From IMG/VR virus record IMGVR_UViG_3300030380_000823, positions 1 through 56,781 of that record: 56,781 bases of DNA; one strand, written 5' to 3'. The number at the start of each line of letters is the position of its first letter. Positions within the stretch are counted from its first letter, which is position 1. This stretch comes from a virus (taxonomy: Duplodnaviria; Caudoviricetes). Positions 47,721-56,310 of the stretch are shown here, one piece after another. The notes under the pieces were generated by a model. That model worked only from the letters and a program-made list of their open reading frames with translations, did no database searches and was not told the origin of the DNA. A program made the position numbers and the translations under genes.

Positions 47721-47790
47721 CTACTGTATAAGTAGATTATCCCTGACAGGCGCATACCGTGCCTGACATAACCCAAGACAGGAGATACAC

Positions 47791-48300
47791 ATGGGTACTA
47801 CAACCTTCTCTGGTGCTATTCGTTCAGAAAGCACGGTCAAAACCATTAGCAAAAATGCCTCAACGGGTACAGTTACAGAGATTGTAACGCTTGGTGACGG
47901 GCCTGTTAGCCTTGCTGATGCCGACGTAACGCTTACCAATGCAACTCACAGTGGCAGGATTCTTCTTGTTCCAGATGGTGGTCAAGATAATACTTATACG
48001 CTTCCGGCTCCTATTGCTGGATCTGTTTTTAAGTTCGTATACGCTGGTGGCGCTGCTGATGCTACGGACGCGATTATTGTTACTCCCGGCAACACTAATT
48101 TTTACATTGGTGGTGTTACTTTCCTAGATACAGATGGCAACGAAGTTAGCTCAGTATTCTCTGATGGAAACTCCAACAGCAGCATACAGTTGAACGTACC
48201 TGCTGGTTTTGAAGTGACCATAATCGGTCTTGATACGACCAATTATCAGATTTTTGGGAATGTAACGAGCACTACTGCGCCTGCATTTGCTGACCAGTAA
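47791..48300 (+). CDS. Virion structural protein (possible head fibre)
   Basis: MGTTTFSG start, YTLPAP motif, beta-rich. Confidence 0.6.
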   Translation: MGTTTFSGAIRSESTVKTISKNASTGTVTEIVTLGDGPVSLADADVTLTNATHSGRILLVPDGGQDNTYTLPAPIAGSVFKFVYAGGAADATDAIIVTPGNTNFYIGGVTFLDTDGNEVSSVFSDGNSNSSIQLNVPAGFEVTIIGLDTTNYQIFGNVTSTTAPAFADQ

Positions 48301-48312
48301 TAGGAGATAGTT

Positions 48313-48591
48313 ATGCCTAGCTCTGATATTCAGACTAAACGCATTACAGCTACAGGCGCTCTATCAGTTGGCCCTGCCCGAGTACGTCAGGTACAGGTAG
48401 TGTCAGCCAGTTCGGGGTCGCCAAGACTCACTATTACTGATGGCAGTGGTGGCGCTACGGTACTGGATCTAAGTTTCAGTACCGGAGTTACTACTTCGGT
48501 GAATATACCCGCTGACGGTCTCCGCTGCACAAGCGACATACACGCCAGCGTGGTTACCAACATTACCGCAGTGACAGTGTTCTATAGCTAA
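48313..48591 (+). CDS. Small virion structural protein
   Basis: AGGAG SD; beta-rich; ends VTVFYS. Confidence 0.6.
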   Translation: MPSSDIQTKRITATGALSVGPARVRQVQVVSASSGSPRLTITDGSGGATVLDLSFSTGVTTSVNIPADGLRCTSDIHASVVTNITAVTVFYS

Positions 48592-48592
48592 T

Positions 48593-48913
48593 ATGCGTAG
48601 TTACTACAAAAAAGCATCGCCGTGCCCCTCGTTCAAAAAAGGTGGTATGGCGGGCATGTCTGTAAAAAGTGGGGATAAACGTCCCACCAAGTCTGGCGCT
48701 GGTATGACAGCAAAAGGCGTTGCTAAATACAGACGGCAGAACCCCGGTAGTAAGCTACAGACCGCAGTAACGGAAAAGAAACCCACTGGAAAGCGTGCAG
48801 CACGTCGAAAGTCGTTTTGTGCGCGTTCCGCTGGACAAATGAAAAAGTTCCCCAAGGCCGCTAAAGATCCTAATTCTAGGTTGAGGCAGGCAAGGAGAAG
48901 ATGGAGGTGTTAG
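48593..48913 (+). CDS. Small basic protein (RRKSFCAR family)
   Basis: GAGMTAKG, NPGSKL, RRKSFCARS and RRWRC. Confidence 0.7.
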   Translation: MRSYYKKASPCPSFKKGGMAGMSVKSGDKRPTKSGAGMTAKGVAKYRRQNPGSKLQTAVTEKKPTGKRAARRKSFCARSAGQMKKFPKAAKDPNSRLRQARRRWRC

Positions 48914-49594
48914 TTGGCGTACTTGCAGAGCAACGTACCGTATTTCAAATGCTGGGTGAGGAAAGAGTACACCCATAACCACGAGAAGTATCATGGCGAG
49001 TTTATTCACGCTATGGCGATTGCAGTAACGACGATGCCAACTAGGTGTTTGAGTTTTCAGGTAATTTTTACTGGGGCTGAAACATACGACGAAGAAGGCG
49101 AACCCAATGTGCATGGAGGTGCGATGTGGGCACGTATGCCGATTACAGCGTTGGTAGGAGACACCCCTCTGGAGGAGTGGCCCGAACCCATGCCCGTATG
49201 GGCAGCACAGCCTTGGGATTGCAGTTCGAGGGATCACGCAGTGTACGTGCTTGACAGAGCCACACCGTGCCCTTGGCTGGCAAAAATAGATGGGGAGATG
49301 TACCCCGCGAAGTATATGTTCACAGTGGACTATACGAACAACGAGATTGCTGATGACCCTGCACAACATAAGCAGAGTCATGTGATGGAGCTATTGGATG
49401 CTGGTGAGTGGACTGGCAACATTGTAGCTCTACCAAATAATAGGGTGCGGGTGACACATCCCGCTTGGTTTGAAACGGGAGAGGGCGCACCAGATTTTCG
49501 TCCTTCCCAACACATTCACTACAGCAAGTCTGATCTGGACTACACGCTGGACGTGAATCAAGTGTTTGATAATCTGTACGCGGATGAGGAGTAG
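48914..49594 (+). CDS. Conserved phage hypothetical protein
   Basis: TTG start; GGAMWARMPI, QPWDC, HKQSHV and PNNR. Confidence 0.7.
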   Translation: MAYLQSNVPYFKCWVRKEYTHNHEKYHGEFIHAMAIAVTTMPTRCLSFQVIFTGAETYDEEGEPNVHGGAMWARMPITALVGDTPLEEWPEPMPVWAAQPWDCSSRDHAVYVLDRATPCPWLAKIDGEMYPAKYMFTVDYTNNEIADDPAQHKQSHVMELLDAGEWTGNIVALPNNRVRVTHPAWFETGEGAPDFRPSQHIHYSKSDLDYTLDVNQVFDNLYADEE

Positions 49595-49597
49595 GGC

Positions 49598-50575
49598 ATG
49601 AAGCCGAAGAAGATGTTTCTAGGTGGTTTGTTAGGTCGTAAAAAGAAAGACGATGATAAGCCTATGACAATGACCCAGAGAAAAGCTGAAGAAGCTAAGA
49701 AACGTGCGAGAGCCGCGCAGATGCGTAGTGAGTCTAAAGCGCGTAGAGGTCGTACAGCTAGTACAACGGCTGTAGGTGGGCAACGTAACAAGCGACAAGC
49801 TCCTATGGACGCAGAACGTGCAGCTAACATGGCTATGGTCAAGAAAGACCGCCCAATGCCTAAGCGCCCTTCTGCTATCAGCTTGGCTAATGCGGCTACA
49901 CCAAAGCCTACTCGCCCTGCAAAGCCACAAAAAGCGCCTACAACTGCGCCACGCCCACCTAAAGCAGAGGCTCCTGCGAAGCCAACAGCTAAGAAGCCAC
50001 CACGTCCATTACGCGGCACGGTGACTGGTAAAGGCGGGCGTAATGTCGGTGAAGGCCGAGACAAGCGTGCTAACGTAACTCGTGAACAGCTAAAAGAGAC
50101 GGGTATGACTTTGCGTCAGTACCTAAACTTTATGGATCGTGAAGGCAAGCGTCCACCTAAGAAGTCTGGAGTGGATAAAGTACCCAACAAAAAAGACCCA
50201 CGTAAGAAAGTGATGAGGGGTGGCATGATGAAGTCGAAAATGAAAGCCAAGGGCATGAAAGCTGGCGGCAAGATGAAGTCCAAAGGTTACAGTGCTGGCG
50301 GCAAGATGAAGTCCAAAGGTTACAGTGCTGGCGGCAAGATGAAAGCCAAAGGCATGAGTGCTGGCGGTGGCCCACTGAAGAAAGCCCCAGAAGGCAATAC
50401 GGGACTCAAAAAGCTACCTGAAAAAGTACGCAACAAGATGGGCTTCATGGCTAAAGGCGGCATGATGAAGACCAAAGGTTACGCTAAAGGTGGCGCTGCT
50501 GGTGGTAAGAAGAAGCAGAAGGTTCGCGGTGCCGGTATTGCTCGTAAGGGCGTACGTCCAGCGAAGATGCGATGA
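49598..50575 (+). CDS. Very basic Lys/Met/Gly-rich repeat protein (possible capsid-internal DNA-binding protein)
   Basis: Repeated KG[YM]xAGGKMK units. Confidence 0.65.
   Translation: MKPKKMFLGGLLGRKKKDDDKPMTMTQRKAEEAKKRARAAQMRSESKARRGRTASTTAVGGQRNKRQAPMDAERAANMAMVKKDRPMPKRPSAISLANAATPKPTRPAKPQKAPTTAPRPPKAEAPAKPTAKKPPRPLRGTVTGKGGRNVGEGRDKRANVTREQLKETGMTLRQYLNFMDREGKRPPKKSGVDKVPNKKDPRKKVMRGGMMKSKMKAKGMKAGGKMKSKGYSAGGKMKSKGYSAGGKMKAKGMSAGGGPLKKAPEGNTGLKKLPEKVRNKMGFMAKGGMMKTKGYAKGGAAGGKKKQKVRGAGIARKGVRPAKMR
50261..50343 (+). repeat. 33-bp in-frame tandem repeat (AGGKMKSKGYS, 2.5 copies)
   Basis: Units start at 50261, 50294 and 50327. Confidence 0.9.
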
Positions 50576-50751
50576 GACACTACTATAAGTCAGGCGGTAA
50601 GGTGAAGTCGGGCGGCAAGATCTGCCCGAAAGGTAAGGCGTGGGCAAAGCGCACGTTTGATACCTACCCGTCTGCTTACGCAAACATGGCGGCTTCTAAG
50701 TATTGCAAAGACCCTAACTATGCTAAGGGCAGCAAGAAGAAGAGTAAGTAA
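50572..50751 (+). CDS. 59-aa basic protein (not in ORF track)
   Basis: MRHYYKSGG...TYPSAYANMAASKYCKDP...; ATGA and TAATG coupling on both sides. Confidence 0.7.
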   Translation: MRHYYKSGGKVKSGGKICPKGKAWAKRTFDTYPSAYANMAASKYCKDPNYAKGSKKKSK

Positions 50752-51074
50752 TGGGACAGCTTAAACAGTGGCGTGACCAGCAGTGGGTTCGTATCGGCAC
50801 CGATGGCAAGATCAAAGGGCCATGCGGCACGTCAAAGAACAAAAAGAACCCAGATCGCTGTTTACCCAAAGCTAAGGCGCAGTCACTGAGTCAGTCTGAA
50901 CGTGCTACTACAGCACGTAAGAAGAAAAAGGCTGGTTCTAGGGGGCAGCAGGTGGTGTCTAATACCCCTAAAGCCAAGGTTAGAACGGCAAAGGCCGGTG
51001 GTCAGATACGCGCAAACCACAGAGGTTGCGGTGCAGTAATGAATAACAGGCGTAAAAAGACCCTGTACGTATAG
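50751..51074 (+). CDS. Small basic protein
   Basis: LKQW...WV, CG, CLP and RGCGAV motifs. Confidence 0.7.
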   Translation: MGQLKQWRDQQWVRIGTDGKIKGPCGTSKNKKNPDRCLPKAKAQSLSQSERATTARKKKKAGSRGQQVVSNTPKAKVRTAKAGGQIRANHRGCGAVMNNRRKKTLYV

Positions 51075-51083
51075 GAACATACA

Positions 51084-51773
51084 ATGGCTACATCTGGAAC
51101 AACTGCATTTGATATGGACTTCACGGAGATCGCTGAAGAGGCGTGGGAGCGTGCAGGTCGTGAAATGCGTTCTGGGTATGACCTACGTACCGCCAGACGC
51201 TCTATGAACCTGATGACCATTGAGTGGCAGAACCGAGGCATTAACCTGTGGACTATTGACGAAGGCACTGTCGATATGGTCGAAGGTACAGGGCAATACG
51301 ATCTACCCGCCGACACTATAGACCTGCTGGAACAAGTTATACGCACGGGCAGTGGGAGCACCACTACGCAGTCTGATCTGACCATAAGCCGTATTAGTGT
51401 CAGCACATACGCATCCATACCTAACAAGTTAACAGAAGGTAGACCGATTCAGGTTTACGTAGAACGTCTTAGAGATAACCCTAAGATCAACGTATGGCCT
51501 GTACCTGATAAGAGTAACGAGTACGTATTTAAGTATTATCGTATGCGCCGTATTCAAGACGCGGGCACTGGCGTAGAGACTGCGGACATGAACTTCCGTT
51601 TCTTGCCCTGTCTAGTATCGGGGCTGGCGTACCACATAGCCATGAAAGATCCAGAGCTTATGCCGCGCATACCCATGTTAAAAGACGTTTACGAAGAGCA
51701 GTTTATGTTGGCTGCTGGGGAAGATAGAGACAAAACGGCTGCTCGTTTCGTACCTCGTGTTGGTAGAATCTAA
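51084..51773 (+). CDS. Putative head-tail adaptor protein
   Basis: ARRSMNL...WQNRG, GRP, WPVPD and GLAYH. Confidence 0.6.
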   Translation: MATSGTTAFDMDFTEIAEEAWERAGREMRSGYDLRTARRSMNLMTIEWQNRGINLWTIDEGTVDMVEGTGQYDLPADTIDLLEQVIRTGSGSTTTQSDLTISRISVSTYASIPNKLTEGRPIQVYVERLRDNPKINVWPVPDKSNEYVFKYYRMRRIQDAGTGVETADMNFRFLPCLVSGLAYHIAMKDPELMPRIPMLKDVYEEQFMLAAGEDRDKTAARFVPRVGRI

Positions 51774-51775
51774 CA

Positions 51776-52141
51776 ATGGGCAATCGGTACGCTTCCACTA
51801 AACGTGCTATAGCAGAGTGTGACATCTGTGGGTTTCAGTATAGACTACGAGAGCTAAAGAACTTAATACGAAAAGGGCAGGACACTAACTTAAAAGCATG
51901 TCCTGAGTGTTGGAGTCCAGATCACCCGCAGCTCAAACTAGGTGAAGTTCCAGTACACGATCCGCAAGCTATAAAAGACCCTCGGCCTGATAGGAGTTTA
52001 GGTGCGGCAGGGGTTACAAGTAGTAGGCAGATACAGTGGGGATGGAATCCTGTTGGCGCAGGTAGTGACCCATTTGACCTAACTCCTAACGACTTAGTAG
52101 CAACTGGTCAGGTAGGCACGGTAACAGTAACAACAACCTAG
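51776..52141 (+). CDS. Zn-ribbon-containing virion-module protein
   Basis: CDICG and CPEC; HPQL. Confidence 0.65.
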   Translation: MGNRYASTKRAIAECDICGFQYRLRELKNLIRKGQDTNLKACPECWSPDHPQLKLGEVPVHDPQAIKDPRPDRSLGAAGVTSSRQIQWGWNPVGAGSDPFDLTPNDLVATGQVGTVTVTTT

Positions 52142-52149
52142 AGGTGTTT

Positions 52150-52287
52150 ATGAAAAAGACTAGTAATGTTAAGCCAGTAAAAGAAGCTCCTAAGCCAGAC
52201 ATGTCTGGTGTTAAGACTACTGGAATCAAGGTACGCGGTACCGGCGCTGCAACCAAAGGCACGATGGCCCGTGGCCCTATGGCGTAA
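52150..52287 (+). CDS. 45-aa basic protein (not in ORF track)
   Basis: GAGGTG SD; MKKTSNV...KVRGTGAATKGTMARGPMA*. Confidence 0.7.
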   Translation: MKKTSNVKPVKEAPKPDMSGVKTTGIKVRGTGAATKGTMARGPMA

Positions 52288-52290
52288 AAC

Positions 52291-52920
52291 ATGAACTACA
52301 CCGAGCTAAAAACAAATGTTCAGGACATCTGTGAAACTTCTTTTACGGATGACCAGCTTGCTTTGTTTACAGAACAGGCGGAACAGAAGATATACAACAC
52401 TGTGCAGATACCCGCGCTACGTAAGAATGTGAGCGGTGTTATGACTTCTAGCAATGAGTATCTGTCTACTCCATCAGATTTCTTGTATGTCTATAGCCTT
52501 GCAGTTGTAGACGGCAGCGGTAATTTTACGTTTTTGCTCAACAAAGACGTTAACTTCATACGTGAGGCGTATCCCAGCTCTTCTTCTACGGGAACGCCTA
52601 AGCATTATGCGTTGTTTGATAACGACACGATTTTATTAGGGCCAACGCCTAATTCTGGGTTTACGACACAGCTTCATTACGGGTATTACCCACAATCTAT
52701 TGTTGTAGCAGGCACTACTTGGCTTGGAGAAGAGTTTGATTCTGCGCTGCTAAACGGCACTCTAGTAGAGGCCATACGCTTTATGAAGGGTGAGCCAGAC
52801 ATGATCGCGCTGTACGAAAAAATGTATGCTAGTGCCGTAGCGTTGTTGAAGATACTAGGCGACGGTAAGTTGCGCTCTGATACGTATCGTTCTGGGCAAA
52901 CAAGGTTGACGGTTCAATAG
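52291..52920 (+). CDS. Putative tail tubular protein A / adaptor
   Basis: MNYTEL, AEQKI, GTPKHYA and LGPTP. Confidence 0.6.
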   Translation: MNYTELKTNVQDICETSFTDDQLALFTEQAEQKIYNTVQIPALRKNVSGVMTSSNEYLSTPSDFLYVYSLAVVDGSGNFTFLLNKDVNFIREAYPSSSSTGTPKHYALFDNDTILLGPTPNSGFTTQLHYGYYPQSIVVAGTTWLGEEFDSALLNGTLVEAIRFMKGEPDMIALYEKMYASAVALLKILGDGKLRSDTYRSGQTRLTVQ

Positions 52921-52928
52921 GTATCTAA

Positions 52929-53219
52929 ATGTTTTTTGAAGCTCCACAATCAGAAATTGGCAATGTTTTAGTATCTACTACAGAGCATAAAGGGCATGAT
53001 CCCGACTTCTGGGCAGAGTCCGCAGCGGACAGAATTGTGAGCGTAGGTGGAAACTGCCATCCTGTAATCGCAGAACAGGCAAACGAATTCAAAAGGGCTG
53101 TCAGGGCGACGGTCTTATTCTATATCAAAGAAGCGATTCGTAGTGACAGAGTTACTCTTGCCGCAGAATTTGAAAACCAAGGCCATGCTGATATGGCGAA
53201 CATCATAAGGAGTCTATAA
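52929..53219 (+). CDS. Conserved hypothetical protein
   Basis: ORF coupled to the next gene. Confidence 0.6.
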   Translation: MFFEAPQSEIGNVLVSTTEHKGHDPDFWAESAADRIVSVGGNCHPVIAEQANEFKRAVRATVLFYIKEAIRSDRVTLAAEFENQGHADMANIIRSL

Positions 53220-53650
53220 TGGCTATCACGACTGCAATGTGTACGTCTTTCAAGAAAGAGCTTTTGGAAGCGGTACACAACTTTAAGAACTCTGGTGGAA
53301 GTACGTTTAACTTGGCGCTGTATACAAGCAGTGCTTCTCTGGGCGCAGGCACCACCGCATACACGACATCTAACGAAGTGTCGGGCACAAACTACACCGC
53401 AAAGGGCGCGGCTCTGACTCGCGTAGATCCGTCTTCGTCAGGCACGACTGCGTTGACAGACTTCTCCGACCTTACGTTCTCGAATGCGACAGTCACGGCG
53501 AGAGGCGCACTTATCTTCAATGATTCCGCATCAGGCGATCCCGCTGTCTGTGCATTGGACTTCGGTGGCGATAAGACCTCAACAGCAGGTGATTTCACTA
53601 TTCAGTTCCCTACTGCGGATGCGTCTAACGCCATTATCCGAATTGCCTAG
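53219..53650 (+). CDS. Tail-associated structural protein
   Basis: SFKKELL, LALYT, LDFGGDK and FTIQFP. Confidence 0.65.
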   Translation: MAITTAMCTSFKKELLEAVHNFKNSGGSTFNLALYTSSASLGAGTTAYTTSNEVSGTNYTAKGAALTRVDPSSSGTTALTDFSDLTFSNATVTARGALIFNDSASGDPAVCALDFGGDKTSTAGDFTIQFPTADASNAIIRIA

Positions 53651-53653
53651 TGC

Positions 53654-54541
53654 ATGACAGATATAACCGGCTGGGGTAGAGGTGGCTGGGGAGACGGTGC
53701 TTGGGGCACTTCTCTCCCCGTAACGGTTAGTGGCGTATCTGCTACTGGCGCGGTCACTGCTGCCTCAACGGTTACTAATAACACCCTAGCTGTAACGGGT
53801 GTTGAAGGAACGGCATCTGTAGGGTCTGTCTCTGTTGCGTTAGGAGCAACTGTCCCTGTAACGGGAGTATCAGCCACTGGTTCTACCGGTTCTGTATCCA
53901 CAATATCTAGCAACACCCTCCCCGTCACAGGTGTTGTGGGTACAGGGCAGATAGGGACACCTTCTTTCTCTTTGAGCATTGTTCAAGGAGTTACTGGGGT
54001 AGAGGGCACTGGATCATCAAACACTGGCACCGCAACTGGTGGCGCAACCGGCGCACCTTCAGGTGTTGAAGCTACTGGATCTGTAGGCACAGTATCCACG
54101 ATAAGTAACAACACACTGCCGGTTACAGGTGTTGAAGGAACAGGAACGCTAGGTTCGCCTACGATTCTTCTCAGCATCAATGCTCCTGTTACGGGTGTTG
54201 TGGGTACAGGTGCCGCTGGAACGGTTGACGCTGATCCAGACGCTGCAATCATAGGGGTTTCTAGTACAGGGCAGGTTACCGCTCCATCCGTCGCAGCGGG
54301 CGCTACAGCGACTGTGACAGGTATTTCTGCAACGGGAGGCGTAACTACTGTTACAACGACTGCAGCAGCTTCTGCTATTGTTACGGGTATAGCCGGTACA
54401 AGCGCACTTGGTAGTGTTACTGTGTCAGGAAAAGCAACGACACCTATAACTGGAGTTGGCGCAACTGGGGCAGTTACTGCTATAAATATATGGGGACTTG
54501 TTGATACAAGTCAGACACCAAACTGGACAGAGGTAGCTTAA
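53654..54541 (+). CDS. Tail fibre-like protein with about 12 repeats of 22 aa (VTGVxxTGxxGxV)
   Basis: Visible periodicity; N-terminal GWGRGGWGDGAWG. Confidence 0.65.
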   Translation: MTDITGWGRGGWGDGAWGTSLPVTVSGVSATGAVTAASTVTNNTLAVTGVEGTASVGSVSVALGATVPVTGVSATGSTGSVSTISSNTLPVTGVVGTGQIGTPSFSLSIVQGVTGVEGTGSSNTGTATGGATGAPSGVEATGSVGTVSTISNNTLPVTGVEGTGTLGSPTILLSINAPVTGVVGTGAAGTVDADPDAAIIGVSSTGQVTAPSVAAGATATVTGISATGGVTTVTTTAAASAIVTGIAGTSALGSVTVSGKATTPITGVGATGAVTAINIWGLVDTSQTPNWTEVA

Positions 54542-55174
54542 ATGGCAGTCTATACCAACGATTTACGGCTCAAAGAAATTGCCACGGGCGAAGAGTCAGG
54601 TTCGTGGGGCACAAGTACAAATACAAATTTATCACTAATAGGTGACTCTTTAGGTTTTGGTACAGAGGCGATCACGACAAACGCAGACACGCATACATCT
54701 ACTGTAGCAGACGGTACTGCTGATGCTGCTCGTGCAATGTATATTAAGTATACAGGCACCTTGGATTCAGCCTGCACGATCACGATTGGCCCTAATACAA
54801 TAAGTCGGGTTCACATCATAGAGAATGCAACAAGTGGGTCGCAGAATATCATCATCAGCCAAGGTTCAGGTGCTAATGTTACGATTGCTGCTGGCAACGT
54901 AAAAGTAGTGTATTTAGATGGCGCAGGAAGTGGCGCTGCTGTAACCGATGCTCTAGTAGATTTAGACTTGACTGGCACGACCACTATAGCAACAGCAGAC
55001 ATTAATGGTGGAACTGCTGATAATGTTGTTATTGGTGGCAGCACGGCGGCGGCTGGTACGTTTACTGATATTGTGTCTAATGGCAAAACTGTGGGCACAC
55101 AGTCCATTGTTAGCTCGAATCCGACATCTGCCTCTGGGTTCCCAGACGGGCATGTGTTCTACGTCATTAGCTAG
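54542..55174 (+). CDS. Tail fibre base / adaptor protein
   Basis: GEESGSWGTSTNTNL N-terminal motif common in phage tail fibres. Confidence 0.6.
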   Translation: MAVYTNDLRLKEIATGEESGSWGTSTNTNLSLIGDSLGFGTEAITTNADTHTSTVADGTADAARAMYIKYTGTLDSACTITIGPNTISRVHIIENATSGSQNIIISQGSGANVTIAAGNVKVVYLDGAGSGAAVTDALVDLDLTGTTTIATADINGGTADNVVIGGSTAAAGTFTDIVSNGKTVGTQSIVSSNPTSASGFPDGHVFYVIS

Positions 55175-55183
55175 GAACAAACA

Positions 55184-56158
55184 GTGGCTATATTTATTAA
55201 CGACAATGGAACGCTGAAGGAGCTAGATAACGACTCGCAGATTACTGTGGTCGCTACTGCCAATACGATTCATTCGGTGAATTTCATCGTCGTTAATAAC
55301 GGCGGTACGCTGGCTACGGTCTGGAACGCCATATACAACACGACTAGAGCTACTGCGACATCACTCGCAACGGCTACGTCTAACGCTACTCAGACTAGTC
55401 GGTCTACTAGTCAATCAACGACTACATCGTTCAACACTACGACTACGTTTGGCACTAGCAATAACACCACTACGTCGTTCAACACTACGACTACGTTTGG
55501 CACTAGCAAGAACACGTCAACTAGCTATAACACTAGTTTTAATACCACGACTTCGCGTGGCACTAGCAGGAACACGTCAACGTCGTTTAACACGTCTTTC
55601 GCCACGGCCACGAGCAGGAACACTTCGAGGAACACTAGTAGGAACACCAGTCGGAATACATCTAGGAACACGACCACTACGTTTGCTACGCTTTCTGGTA
55701 AAAACAACATAAATACAACGAGAAGCACGGCTACATCGTTCAGTACGTCGTTTTCTACATCGTTCTCTACATCGTTCAGTACGTCCTTTAACACCACGAC
55801 TTCGAGGAGCACGAGCAAGAACACATCTACATCGTTCAACACGTCTTTTGCTACGGCTACGAGTAGAGGCACAAGCAGAAATACATCAACCAGTTTCAAT
55901 ACAACCAGATCAACTGGAACGAGCAAAAGCACCTCGACTTCGTTTAATACGACAAGATCAACGGGCACTAGCAAATCAACTACAACGACTTTCAACACAG
56001 CGTTCGACACCACGACTACGTTCAACACCACAACGACTTTCAACACGAACACTGTTATATTCGAGCGATTAACTGCTACTGGTAATGACACTGAGGTTAC
56101 GTCTGGTAGCGCACATAACGCTAGATATCATGACGGATCGCAATGGACGGAAGACTAG
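55184..56158 (+). CDS. Thr/Ser-rich mirror-complementary fibre protein (predicted giant beta-hairpin)
   Basis: 324 aa; AGGA SD and GTG start; residues about 53-290 are T-x repeats with mirrored F/Y versus R/K pattern. Confidence 0.8.
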   Translation: MAIFINDNGTLKELDNDSQITVVATANTIHSVNFIVVNNGGTLATVWNAIYNTTRATATSLATATSNATQTSRSTSQSTTTSFNTTTTFGTSNNTTTSFNTTTTFGTSKNTSTSYNTSFNTTTSRGTSRNTSTSFNTSFATATSRNTSRNTSRNTSRNTSRNTTTTFATLSGKNNINTTRSTATSFSTSFSTSFSTSFSTSFNTTTSRSTSKNTSTSFNTSFATATSRGTSRNTSTSFNTTRSTGTSKSTSTSFNTTRSTGTSKSTTTTFNTAFDTTTTFNTTTTFNTNTVIFERLTATGNDTEVTSGSAHNARYHDGSQWTED

Positions 56159-56310
56159 AGGACGAGTTAAAGGCTATAAACAAGCGCATAGAAACAATGC
56201 TAGACATAGTCCTTGAGCATTTCGGTGATGCCGAAGATCGTTTCGATGAGTTAGAAAAGATGATTTCTGATCTGCGCAAGGCTAACGTAGAGACTAAAGA
56301 TGTCGATTGA
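56143..56310 (+). CDS. 55-aa coiled-coil protein (not in ORF track)
   Basis: MDGRLEDELKAINKRIETMLDIVLEHF...VD*; overlaps both neighbours. Confidence 0.6.
   Translation: MDGRLEDELKAINKRIETMLDIVLEHFGDAEDRFDELEKMISDLRKANVETKDVD

Noticed and set aside
55340-56060. DNA-level inverted repeat as the cause of the protein symmetry
   Set aside because: The arms are not reverse complements; the symmetry is in residue class (aromatic versus basic) only
55340-56060. Insect-type antifreeze / ice-binding beta-solenoid
   Set aside because: TxT motifs are present, but there is no fixed coil period or regular turn residues, and the Thr face is interrupted by F/R in mirror order. A hairpin fits better, though ice binding is not excluded.
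55525-56091. 188-aa Val-rich ORF on the minus strand
   Set aside because: Antisense shadow of the Thr/Ser codon repeats, and opposite to the operon direction
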